64,000 bases of DNA. Source: Setoptus koraiensis (lineage: Eukaryota > Animalia > Arthropoda). The position numbers were made by a program, and so were the translations under genes. The stretch spans positions 4,092,001-4,156,000 of the forward strand of contig CM106586.1 of the NCBI GenBank assembly GCA_048013815.1. Reading direction: 5' to 3'. Under the pieces are notes generated by a model, which was given only the letters and a program-made list of their open reading frames with translations, was not told the DNA's origin and did no database searches. Below are positions 50,568-63,039 of this stretch, one piece after another. The number at the start of each line of letters is the position of its first letter. Within the stretch, counting starts at the first letter, position 1.

Positions 50568-52050
50568 CTGATGTTGAACGAGATGCGACAATGAGATGAT
50601 GATTACAAAAATTGTTATTAGCGTTATTATTCGGTTTGTGTATGGCATTGACACAACTGTATGCATTTGAATTTCGCATTCTCACGGTAGCCGGAAATCA
50701 CATGTCGGCTGGCATGAGATTGCGCCGGCCCGGCAAGAGCCGGCCGAGATTGTCGTCGGCCGTGCCGCCAACAAGAATGAATGTCGCCACGCATGTATAT
50801 CGCATGAATGTCGCCTTTTGTTGTATAATTTTGTATAATGGCATCCATTGGAACTTTGGAATTTAAAGTTTGCAACTTCCAAAGAACTTCCATTATACGA
50901 GCTATACGAACAGCAGCACAGAAGCTGTGCTTGTTTCCTAGAATTACTTGCTTGCGCTTGCAATAGCGAGTAAAATCACATGATTGAAATCACTGTAAAT
51001 TTAGCGCATGCAGCAGCTATCTGTCGTGAATCTCCAATCGCATGCAGCTAGCGTATGGCACTGAAGGTCATCAAGCCGAAAACCTGTTCACGGCAGTGCC
51101 AATGAGTTTTAACTGGAGCTTGCGTCATCGTGCACCGCAACAACAGGTACATATGGGCCTTTTGGCGGTGATTTTGGTGGTCGTCATGCAGTGGCGGCAT
51201 CAGTCGAATGATGAATTGACACGATCGATCAGAAACAAACGGCCTGTGTGTGTGTGTGTGTGTGTGTTGACATTAGTGGCTGGCAGTCTCTCCAATCTCA
51301 AGGTTGTTTTGTTATTATTGCCATGGCCAACACAATTGCTTATTTTGCACATCGACACAACGGCACTGATTGTTGTGTTGCGCCAGCACAACAACCAATT
51401 TTGCAATCTTATATAATATGAGTTATATTGTCTGTCGCTGTTAGCGGATTCAATGGCCGTTCAATGGCTGCAACGATAGGCGTAGTTTGGGCAAACAAAG
51501 CCAGCTCGCCAAATCAATGTCATTCGGTTAGTGGCTCGCATCGTGTGTGTGCCTTATGCGTAAATGCTTGACCCGTTCAACGGCGAGCTCACCTGTTGTT
51601 GTTGTTGTTGTCGTTTATCGTGTGCCTGGCAGCTATTTGCAGCGACAACAGCGGCAGCAACGACAACAGCGGCAACAGTAGCAGTGTCAACTGTACAGAG
51701 TGGCATACAACACCCGTTCGTTGGCACCGTCGGTTGTTGGGCATTTACTTGCAACGACATGCTGTCACAGGTGAGGCAAAGTGCGCAACGGCCAAGTGCA
51801 TCAACTGACAACAGTTGCATCGTTCGTTTCATGCGCAATCTGTAATCCAGAATTAGAATTATCCCCGAGCCAGAGTTTATCGTTGTTGAACTTGCACAAC
51901 AACAAGTGCGCATTCGCAAGCTAAACCGATCATGACACAAAGTTTCCTGACTGTGCGCTGTTGTCGTCGGTTGTTGTTTCAGCGGGGTGATGTTGATGTT
52001 GTTGCGTCAGCCAGTTTGCATGCATGTTTGCTGTTCATCTCAGGTGACTT

Positions 52051-52051
<1 letters not shown>

Positions 52052-52113
<62 letters not shown>

Positions 52114-52119
52114 CACACA
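52052..52119. repeat. (CA)n microsatellite
   Basis: Direct reading. Confidence 0.95.
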
Positions 52120-53543
52120 CTGCTCACAGGGCGGCCATTGTGAGCAACAAACAGTAGCCAAACTAATTACAATGGCTCTAATAGATCTAATTAGGCAAAC
52201 AATAAGGAAGTTGGCCAACTATAGCAACGCCAGTGACACAACAGAACGTGGTGCGGACGTTTTGTCCAAAACAAAAACAGCCGCCGAATGGCGTCATGTC
52301 GAGTCATTGCCCAAGACAGGTAATTATAATTTGGCTGCCATGGGCACTCGCGCCGATCGTCTTTGCGCGGCTCACAGCACTTCATAAACTTATATATATA
52401 TATCTGGCTATAAACGAGTTTCATCCGGCTCTATGCTCCCTTGCCGGGCTTTCATTGTGCGTTTTCATGGGCGATTCTTGTGCGTCTCTGCCAGAGACTC
52501 TGTCAGAGACTCCCTGACAGCTATAAAACATTCGGGCTCAATAAGGCAACGTTCGCCGCTGGCCCCACATTGCTAGCATCGACATTCGCAACTGATCATA
52601 TCTCGTTCTCTCCGATCAACGCGTGCCTGCAGCATGTTTGTCAACTCGGTTGTTGTTGTCACCCCCCAGCGATAGTTTGAGCGTCGTTATTGTTTGTAAT
52701 AAAGCAATAATTAAATTTGAGCCAAGCCATAAACAGCAACGATTTACAATGTCAGCGAACAGCGTTGTGCAGCTGATGCGCTTGGCTCGCCAACCGCATG
52801 CCAGTAGGACAGTTGAAACAAAAGACAACTCAAGTACTGAATTTGTTTATCATTAGTGACACTCTTAATTATTGCCCTAGGTTTATAGCTAATGGCAACA
52901 AGCCATTGAATGCAGCGCAAAACTAAATACGACGCCAATAAGAAGAATATAATAAATGCGATAAGATTATAAATAGTGTGTATAATAGCCGGCCGTATAA
53001 TAGCAAAGGTATTCTGGTTGGCTCATTCGCTGGCTGGCTCGCTGGCTGGCTCGCTTCTAGAAGCTCGCCGTGATTGGAAACAACTCCGCGCCATGGGCGT
53101 ATCAAATAGCGGCTCAGCCCGACGAGTGAGCTTACAGGCAAACTTGCAAAGTTGACCAGTTGCTACAAGTTAACAGATGATAACAGACACTGACGTCTGG
53201 CCAGTTGATAGGCCGCTCTGCCGACTAACTGGTCATCTACTCTGACACTTGTGAGAGACAAAAGTTAGTTCATGTTTAAATGTAGAGGTGGCACCATTAG
53301 ACGGCGGCGGCGAGACCATCCCGTTCTTTGTAGACACAAGTTGTAGATGTTGCGGATTATTGTTGTTGTTGTTGTTGCGTTTGGCGTGCACAATCAAAGA
53401 TAGGGATAAGTTATCTTTGCGGAGCCACTGGCTCGCCAAGGCAAGTCGGCTGCGCGGTTGCGCCAACAAGTATTAAAGCTACGGGGCAACTTATACTACA
53501 ATTTACACTGATTTATCGGTTAGTGTGCCACAGTTTGCTGCGG

Positions 53544-53575
<32 letters not shown>

Positions 53576-56500
53576 GCAACAACAGCAACAACAACAGCAA
53601 CAACAACAGCAACGACAGAAACAAACGAACAACGTCATCATGTTTGCTGGTGCGCGCACTAGTGGTCGTATCCTACAATTGTGAGTGTGTGAGCCTTTGC
53701 AACCTTTCGGACTGTGCCTTGCCAATGATAACACTCACACAACTGCGAGCGTCACCAAGAGAGCAACGGTCGCCAGTGGACAATGAGCTAGGCAAATGAG
53801 CGAGCAAGGTAATTTTTTATTTTTATTGTGTTTCCCTAATGAGAGAAAGAGAACGACTACATTTTTTTATCATTTGTTGCCATCTGACTTGCCAGCAAAA
53901 TCCATGTCAGATGCACACAAATAAAGAGAAGACGACAGCAAATCAATGCAACGACAACATGTCATGCAGATGAGCAAATGGGCCGATTGCGAACCGCACT
54001 GACGCGCCGAGCTCATGGTGGCTCTTGTTGCAGTTGTTAGTTCCAGATACAGTTAGTTAGATTGGCAAATAAACACATACGACAACGAAGAACAAAAAGA
54101 AGAAGAATATTTTTTTTAATATTTTGTGGCTCGCTCGCAGCACCACAAAAGTTAAAGTTAAAGTTGGTCCGCTGACAACATTGTCGCGCACACACTTTGC
54201 ACACAACAACAACAGCAACGGCAGCGCACGCATCGCGACGCATGCCACGTTCATTCGAATTCATTGGAAACAAAAGAAAAATTCTTCAAGAACGACACTG
54301 GTCAGTGCAAGCAGATCATATGACGACACATTTATTTATACATTTAAATAGATAAATTATTATATTATATAATATTATATCATAGTATATTGATCAGATT
54401 ATTATATCAGACAGATTATATCAGCAGCTCATAAGCTACCACAATACGTAGGCAAATTGGTATCTGGAGTCACACAACAAGCCGTCGTGCCGCCTCGGTT
54501 TATTCCAGCTCATCATCAGATATCACCACGACATACAGCAGACGACGGAGACAATCATTTTGACTATTGTCAAAGGACATTATTATCACCACTAGTTCAT
54601 TATTATTATCATTATTATTGTTGCTAATATTATTATTATCATGGTTATTAGTAGAGATCAGCACTAATTGGCACCAATAGAGCTCAGGATCATTTTTCAG
54701 CTGTTCTCGTACACTCGTCACCCGACACACATTGAATATTCAATTCAATTATTCAAGAAAATTGTCAGTTCAACTACGTTGCAAATTTTTGCAATAATTC
54801 TTCTTCTACTACTCACTAACAAGTCTTGACTACAGCAAGACAACACACTAACAACAACAATTGTAATAATATTGTTTGCACAATATTATATCACACATGA
54901 ACCAAAAGGAAAGCTTATGACGACAGCCAACATTAGATTTGATTTTGCGACTTGTATGTTTGTCGCCATCATCATACTCATAGTCTAGTGGCAACATTAA
55001 TGTGACGCGTCTTATTGCACTCATACAGCAGTTATAATAATTTTATTCCATCCATACAAATAAGCAGCGCACACATTGAGCAAGTATCACAGTGATCAAA
55101 CTAGACAGTGTCATCATCATCTAGATCATATTCTACCACCAAGGAATCACCGAAAATTTATTAGGTGAGTATCATCAACTCGAGCTACCATCACTTTGCT
55201 TCATCTCTTAGTTATTTATTGTAGACATGGGCGCATCACAGCGACACAACAAACTCTATGATTATGCTCGAAACTTGTTAGACTTACACTTGTTAGTTAC
55301 ACTTGTAACTATTGTTATTAGCGTCTGACAAAATGACCATATGATCATTCTGGATGGCGTCGTTAATCATTTCGATGGTGACCAACATGATCATCATTCA
55401 TATGATCTCCAATGAGCTACCACTACATAACCAACTAGAGAATAACTAGAGAAGCGCTCATTGTTAACATCGTAATTGGTGTTGTTAGCGAAGGTGTCAT
55501 TCAACTACAATTGTAAACAACCACATTTACAACCGCTAATACATACATATCAACCTGGGTTATATACCCTAGTTGTGTTCCATAGGCTGTTACATTGTTG
55601 TTATTATAGCTGTTGTTGTCATGGCGTCGGACGCAACTTCTCCATGTACTAATTTAGCTAGACACTAATTCAATATCTCTCTGTCTAAGTATTAATGTAT
55701 TGAGTAATTACATAATGCTATAATAAGGGATCAGCAAATAATGAGAATGGAAAAAAAGAACGACTACCATCAAAGAATCACAAGATAGATAATAACACCA
55801 AGCAAAGACTTTCGTTTAGTGTACCATTTATAATAATACAACAATATATAGACTGAGAAAGCGAGTGTATATTTATCTGCGTTCTTAATATATGGTCCTA
55901 TGGTATTATATTTGACTGACTCACTAGATTGGATTGAAGGGACAAAAAGTGTTTACTTTCGCGCTGTCTTCTACAAACAACAACGACAACAACAATCGAT
56001 TGTACAGGCTAGTTTTATTTTGATCATCAATTTAAAACATTCTAGCTGTATAATTCAATACCCGCTACAATTACTATGTTTTGCTAACTTTATCATTACT
56101 ACCTCCAAAGAGACTAGATAATTCATATAACTGTCAATAGTTGTGTTCAATCATATTGTTGTACGGTTATCTCGTCGATTGACTACATACATCAACAATA
56201 ACTCACTGTTAAGATCAGAAGAGAGATTTCAAAGTTAACTAGAGCAGACATTAACAATACTGCTATTCAATTTGTTCTTTTTATTATTACTTTTTTATCA
56301 TCTACAACAGAACCGCAAAAAATTCCGTAGTCACTAAGGATGTTTCACAAACTACTAACATTGAAATATCACAATACAGTTTCAACTAAGAAACTCCATT
56401 GATGGCAAAGAAACCTAACAACTGACCGATTTGATCTCCATCCCATATCAGATCTTTGCATGGACGTAAAAATTGCTACCAGACAAATTTTCTATAATCG

Positions 56501-56738
56501 CTTATTTTAATCTCTACGCAAACACTGACATCTACACCACAACGTGAATGAATCCTCAACACGAGAAGAAGAAGGACCATGCTTCATAGCAACTGTAGAA
56601 AACAAAATCTCAATTGAACAAACATTTGGAAGTTCTCTAGCAGCTTTGAACTTTAACCTATTTATCTACAAATGCAGCTAAGGTTTACATGTGCTGAGTA
56701 TATTTATAATATTCGTTTGGGCGACAACTTTTTTCATT

Positions 56739-58051
56739 ATGAACACACTGCCATCATTAGTTTCTTCTGGATCCTCGTCGACATCAGAAGACACGTCATC
56801 AGCAAGTGTCGAGGTGGATAGTAACATTAGAGCCAGTCTGACTCTGCCAGGATTGGCTAACAATGGCCAACGATTAGTCAATCCACAACCAAATATTACT
56901 AGGCATCAAAACCGTCCACGTTTGATTTCTTCCAATCAACAGCAACCGGGTCGCCATATAAATCGAGCCGACCAGAATACATACATATCCAATGGACATC
57001 CGCAAGGCAACTACATTCATCATGGTGGTGATCCAAATTACGTTCACAAGTCGTCGGTAACATCAGAATGTAATCTATCGATTTGTTACTCCTATATGTT
57101 GGCTGCGATTAGTTCTATAATGGTTGTTGTCGGTATATATCTAGCACTCACAAGATTTAATTTGAACTATTTATACCTCTCGTTGGCCGGACTTATGCTG
57201 GTGGCACTAGGCTCTTGTCTCTATTGCATAGGTAGAATTCAATTAAACCGGAAGGCTCGTAGAAAACTGCGCCTCAGTGATGATGATCTCGAGGCTATGG
57301 ATCAACGAGGGTTAGCCGCCGCGGCCTCGCACATATTGAATACAAGAGGACTTGTACAGATAGGCAATAATAGTTTTAATTCAGTCAACCCGAGACATCT
57401 AACCAATCAGAACCTGGGTGCTTCATCAGATAATGGCACAGCTACAACTGACTCTCTTTTGGTAATGATAAATCCAAACAACGAAAACGGTCCTATATCC
57501 ATTCTATCCACTTCCGGTCAAAAACAATTCACGAAGGGGCCAATAGATAATTGTGATAGTCAAATGACAATGCAGCAACTAAATCACATCAGACCACGAC
57601 ACGCAGACACAGACGAAGCTTTTGGATCTACCACAGACACTAATGAGGTAGCCATGAGCCAGTTGTCGTTGAATATGATCCCTCAATATTTTTCTAATGG
57701 AGTTTCACTGAGACCCAATAAATTATGCCAACCAATCGGACCAGAGTCATCTAGTGTTATAAATCTAAATCCAGATGCTTTTGGTCCCAGCGAACCTACC
57801 AAAATCCACTCAGACACAACTGAGAAATCGTTGTTGGCCAAACCAACAACCTCTCGTCTGGATCGGACAGAAATGGATCTACCTAACACATCCATGGGAC
57901 CCCTCTCACATAGCCAGATTGTCAACGTCAACGGTCGTCAATTCCTTGTCTTGCCTTTAAATGATAATAAGCCCAATTCGGGAGCACCGAATTCTAACTA
58001 TGATGCACTTGCGTTGCAAGACGGCAATATCAATAGTTCCGAACTGCCCAG
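56739..58051 (+). CDS. Orphan two-TM membrane protein, exon 1, nested antisense in ARL13-like intron 1
   Basis: Long non-repetitive ORF with two adjacent hydrophobic helices (YMLAAISSIMVVVGIYLAL; YLYLSLAGLMLVALGSCLYCI) followed by a basic stop-transfer RKARRK. AG/GTAAGT donor at 58051/58052. First in-frame ATG at 56739. Confidence 0.8.
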
Positions 58052-58149
58052 GTAAGTTTCTATCTATGAACTCCAACCATCTTACATCAATTCTGCAATC
58101 AAGATCTTTTCAACTAAAATCAATCTGTACCTTACTTTTACAATTACAG

Positions 58150-58990
58150 ATCGTTGCCTAGTTCTAGCAATGTTCCTGAAAGTTCTCACCAAGAATCACC
58201 ATTTACTCAAGGGACGACTACAGAGGAGCTCATAGATAGAATTAGAACACTAACCATTGGTGATAGTAGAAGATTGTCAAACAATTCTCATGCTGAAACT
58301 GCGGAAACTGGCATTAAATCCTCACGGCCTCAACCTCTCAGACGAGAGAGCTCATTCACATTTAGCGCCTTTAAAACAAGAGGTTCTTCACATAGAGGTT
58401 TGAAACATTCACATAGCTTCAACGAAAAGTCTTTTATCCATAAACCAGTAGATAAAAGCGCAAATAAACTTTTAGCGAGCACATTCTGTGGAGAACAGGA
58501 GACGTTAGGATGCGACCAACCATGCTCATCAAATATGTCTCAATCTATTGAGCCACGAGACCAATCTATTATGAAAACTGAAACGGACAGATCTCTCATA
58601 GATGAGTCGGATAATTTAATTCAAAGTCGACAACCAGAAACACCAGAGATGTGCGAACCTCCTATAGCACCAAACAATGCTAACAACGTGGAACTTTTGC
58701 CAAACTTAGACAGTGCTATACAAAATCGCCAAATTGAAAGTTATTCTTCCGAGATGCAGCCATCAACATCCTCAGGGAGCAATCAAGATAACGATCGACC
58801 GAACAATCCCTCTTCCGACTCTCACTCTCACTCTCGTGCCTCAACCTCAAATGTTCACCATCGTACGACACTAATCATGGGACTTAGTGGTGAAGAAGAG
58901 CTCATTGAAATCAACGACGCAGACATAGATAAAATGTCCATGCTTCCTCCTTCCTACGAATCATTAATGGGTCAACCTAGTGACCCGTGA
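58150..58990 (+). CDS. Orphan two-TM membrane protein, exon 2, ending in a PPSY (PPxY) motif
   Basis: TTACAG acceptor closes a 98-nt intron in phase with exon 1 (joined product ~717 aa). Ser-rich tail with C-terminal LPPSYESL. Confidence 0.78.
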
Positions 58991-59182
58991 TTTCAAGTCA
59001 ATCAGTCAATACGAAATCATATTGTATATTTTAAAGTTTGTATCATAAACTGACAATAACAATCTTCCACCCAACTAGTTCTTATGATTGTTTAGACAAA
59101 GTCGATAGCGAGATTCTGTTCTCTCAACGGAAATAAATTTAGGCCAAATCAATTATCTATATAGCTTAAACTATTAGCTCAC

Positions 59183-60008
59183 CTCCATGAAGATATCTTA
59201 TGACTGATGTTTTACCGCTATCACTTAATCCAAAAATTAATACTCCTATCGGTTGAATAGATTTAGTCCTCATCCAATTTGACATGAGTAATGATTTAAG
59301 TGGCGACTTATGATTCACTTTTCCGGTATGATGTGGGGAGGCCTCATGCTCTCCCTCATACTTCGGCTTCTTACTGCCATTCAAGCTGGATACATTTTGC
59401 AAATTTTTAGAAATATCATCATCGTTAGAGTCATATTCGTGACATGGATGGACACTTGAAGGCCTCAATAACCAGCTTCTCTTGATTTTTTGAGTTCTGG
59501 ACCAATTCGATCTAGAGTTGTTATTTTCATTGTTGTTAAGCTCATTCTGGGAGGATTTGACAGCGTTAATAGTAGACGAGTCGCTAATTTTCGGGCCGCT
59601 AAAATTTTTTTCGTATTCAATCGATCTCTGAGTTTCTGGTATACAACTATCAGGACCAGGTTGATCACAGATTGATTTGTGATTTTCTGCAATTTGAACT
59701 CCGGGCAACTCTTCTTGTATGGCACTTGAAGTTTTTGCTGACTTGCATGAATTTTTGGCGTTATTGTCTTTAATGACTTCAAGAGTTTCCGAATGTTCAC
59801 CTTGAACTTGAAACCTTCCAAGATTATCATCTCCCTCTTGACTTGACTCACCAACACAAGATGGACACTTTACACAGATTGATTCAATTTGAAATATATT
59901 TAAATTGTGGCTGGATTTTGTGTTAGTGTTAGCTGGACTTGCTGTAGGAATTCGATGGCTCGCAGAGAGGGTATGCCCACAACACGGTGAACACAAGTTC
60001 AATCCCAT
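59183..60008 (-). CDS. ARL13B: ARL13-like GTPase, exon 1 (lipid-anchor motif, long linker, P-loop)
   Basis: MGLNLCSPCCG resembles ARL13B MFSLMASCCG. VLIFGLSDSGKT is the P-loop. The GTGAGC donor at 59182 is phase 1 and joins exon 2 in frame. An alternative ATG is at 60041. The link across 8.6 kb is inferred. Confidence 0.72.
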
Positions 60009-62362
60009 CTCTCTTGTTTCTTGTTGTTCCTCCATCGACAAAAAACAATGGGCGATGTAGGCTATTTATGTAGCATTATGATCAGACTAGAAGTTGTGTG
60101 AATGCATCACTTTCAATGTAATGAATAGTGAGTTGATATTTCAGAGATTATAACGATAGGCTGAACTTGCAGGAGCCCCAGCACGCACTAGTCGTTGACC
60201 AGAAAATAGTTTCAACTTTTGTTCAATGAACGTTTCAGTTGAACTTATAATGCGTGTGTCTATCTAAAGCCTCGCATTCGTTGGTGCATGATCGCAACTA
60301 CTTGTTAGATGAGGTCGTGTTGCGTTCAGTGAGAGATTACGTAACATAGCAACAGTGAAAATTGGAACAGGACAAGTCACACACACAAGCCAACCTAACA
60401 CGTGACTCCTGTGGCGAGGGCCAACCTCTTGTTTTGCGACATAGCGCTCAACTTTTACGCATGGAGAAGAATACACGATCTAGAAAAAGAGGCCAATGTT
60501 GCGAAAGTGCAGGAACTGTGCATGTGCAGTTATGTTGAGCCATTATGCAAAAAGAACTCACCTGCAAACATACCTTCTCTTGTGTCGTGCCGTAAAGCGA
60601 AAAGTAAACACCCCGGGCAGCGACGGTAATGCGTTGGAGTAAGTAAGCGGATCGCCACGAATTAAGGTTGAAGATACAGTAGGCGTTCAGAATGAATGTA
60701 TATACTGAGAAGTGAGCAAATGCCGAATCTAAGGCACAGACAAATTTGCCTTTTTCAAAACAAACAAGTGAGCCCGTGCCCAACAATTAACAACGTACGC
60801 CGATTATTGTTGACAATGTTCGAGAAATCATGCTCATTGCAAAGGCTCTGAATTATCCGCCGATACAACTGTGTCTTGTCTAGGCGACACGAAGGATGTG
60901 TCTCATTTTCGCTGGATAAAACGAAGAAATCCAACCATTTGACAGGGACAGGTGCATGGCGTAGTTCAACAGACCTACACCAGACGGCGTGCCACACCCC
61001 CGATACTTGAGGTGCCACGCCCTCTTTTTCCAAAATTTTTCCCGTCTCACATCTTGTCAGTGTTGCAGTGGTAACATTAACAACCGTAAACCCATGGTGT
61101 CACCAACTGTCATGTCCGGCCACTTCCGACCGAAACTAGCTGAAAAAGTCGAAACTGCCACTTTCAGCAACTTACGTCCATGATAGAAACGAGGATACAA
61201 GAAAAGAGGCCAGACGCTCTCTCGTGTGTTGATTTCATTTTTGTGCTGCCAACAAAGCCATACTCTGCAATGGGACAATCACTGTTATTATTTGCCTCTC
61301 GCTCCGGGTCCCTAGGAATGTTATTATCTTTATAATTTCGAGATTATCGGCATGATAATAGTCTTGGACAGCTCTTCATGATTTGTGGTTGGATGAGGAT
61401 GATGCGACACAACCGCTAAGCGCCGAACAGTCTCCCCGAGTGTGGAATGCGATTCTCTGGGAACGGCCTCCGGCCTGGGCCGCTCGCTGGATTTTATTCG
61501 GGCACTTGATAAATCAGGTTCATGGCAGACAGTGTTGATCTTCTATTTTTTTTTTTTTTTTCCTGCTTCAAAAAAAAATATACGAATAATGTAGGCAACG
61601 ATAGATAAGTTGATAAGTCCAATCGCATGTGGCCAGGATGGCTGATCAAAGTGCCCATCGATCGTGTGTATATGTGCAGTACGAATTTCATCCGCCAGGT
61701 CGCGACCTTAATTGGTGAGTGCAGATTACAATGCACTTTGTTGATGATGCCAACACTAGGGGAGGGAGGGAGGGAGAGAGAGAGATCGCTCGATCGGGGG
61801 TGCACAGAATTGAGTTGCAAGTTGCTGCGCCAAACAAGTTTTCTTACAGTGGAAAGAAAAGGGCGGAAAATTGAATATGCACTGAGCAAGTTGCAGGGGA
61901 AAAACTGTGAACGGAGCAGACAAAAGAGAGCGAGAGAGAACAGCGGACAAAAGTGGGCGAAGAGTTGGGCGCGCACACCGCCATACTGTGTGACCATTTT
62001 ACAATGGCCCTACAACTGGTTCAGCAAACATCCGACAGGGCCGCGCTACTGGCTCCCTTCATACGCGCAGAGAAAGCTACGGGCGCCGCCCTCTCGGCGG
62101 CGAATCAAACTGACAGTGGGTCACTGAAAATAGCGCACACAGTACACGTACGCTCGAGCACACTAGCGCACATTGTAGGCTCTGCGATGTGCAGCGACTG
62201 AATAAAAAGAGAGAAGGGTGTGTACGCTTTTGGCCAAACGCAGACACACCTATCAGTGTATTATTATTATTGTATTATTATTATTTTTTATTTTTGCCTT
62301 AAATTAAAGATCTTATTAATATCATCATCATTCGGCATTATTGGACGGCAAAAGGATGAAGC

Positions 62363-62501
62363 ATGGATGGTAATAACGGAAACAATAATAATAACGGTAG
62401 CGGTGGTCAAAGATTGCAGAAGTATGTTTGTGATTTTGAAGGTTGCAATAAATCATATGGGAAACGCTCTCACTTGACATGCCATTGGAGAACTCATACG
62501 G
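62363..62501 (+). CDS. Kruppel-like factor (KLF9/13/10/11-cabut-like group), exon 1
   Basis: ZF1 CDFEGCNKSYGKRSHLTCHWRTHT, then a G/GTAAGT donor. An in-frame TGA lies two codons upstream of the ATG. Confidence 0.85.
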
Positions 62502-62608
62502 GTAAGTCAGTTTTTTTTCTTTCTACTCAAGACACTATCGACAATCTCATCTATGTATGGCACTAATTTTGATTTTATATATATATATATATTTCTTTAA
62601 TCACTTAG

Positions 62609-63039
62609 GTGAAAGACCATTTGAGTGCCATTGTGGTAAGAGGTTTACTCGATCCGATGAATTAGCACGCCATTTCAGAACTCACACAGGAGAAAAAAAA
62701 TTTGCTTGCCCCTATTGCCCTAAAAGATTTATGCGTAGTGATCACCTTACTAAACATGCCAAAAGGCATCCTGAATTCTCTCAAAATGAATTTATGAGCG
62801 CTAGAAAAAGGCAATCAAACGACGTAATAGATTGCGACTCTATGCTGCATCAAGTGCAAGTTCAGATCACCCCACAACAACCGCCTCAGAAGAGCAAGAT
62901 TTTCTTGCCTACCAACGATTCAAATCTTAAGCACGAATTGTCTGCGACATCGCTTTTGGCTTGGTCTCCTAAAACCTATTCCAATAATAGCAAAAAAACA
63001 TCATCGTCTTTGGAGGCTTCTGTACCTATCACCAGTTGA
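62609..63039 (+). CDS. Kruppel-like factor, exon 2 (ZF2, ZF3, tail)
   Basis: TTAG acceptor after a 107-nt intron. [57 protein letters not shown]. Confidence 0.92.

Noticed and set aside
50690-50830. Alternative nearby P-loop exon for ARL13 (ATFILVGGTADDNLG)
   Set aside because: Lacks GK[ST] and an in-phase donor; the exon at 59183-60008 fits far better.
54500-54730. 76-codon Asn-run ORF
   Set aside because: Non-ATG start, stop immediately upstream, (AAT)n-driven.
61494-62201. ORFs of 166-167 aa on both strands upstream of KLF
   Set aside because: Include homopolymer and (GA)n tracts, show no motif, and sit in the probable divergent promoter region.
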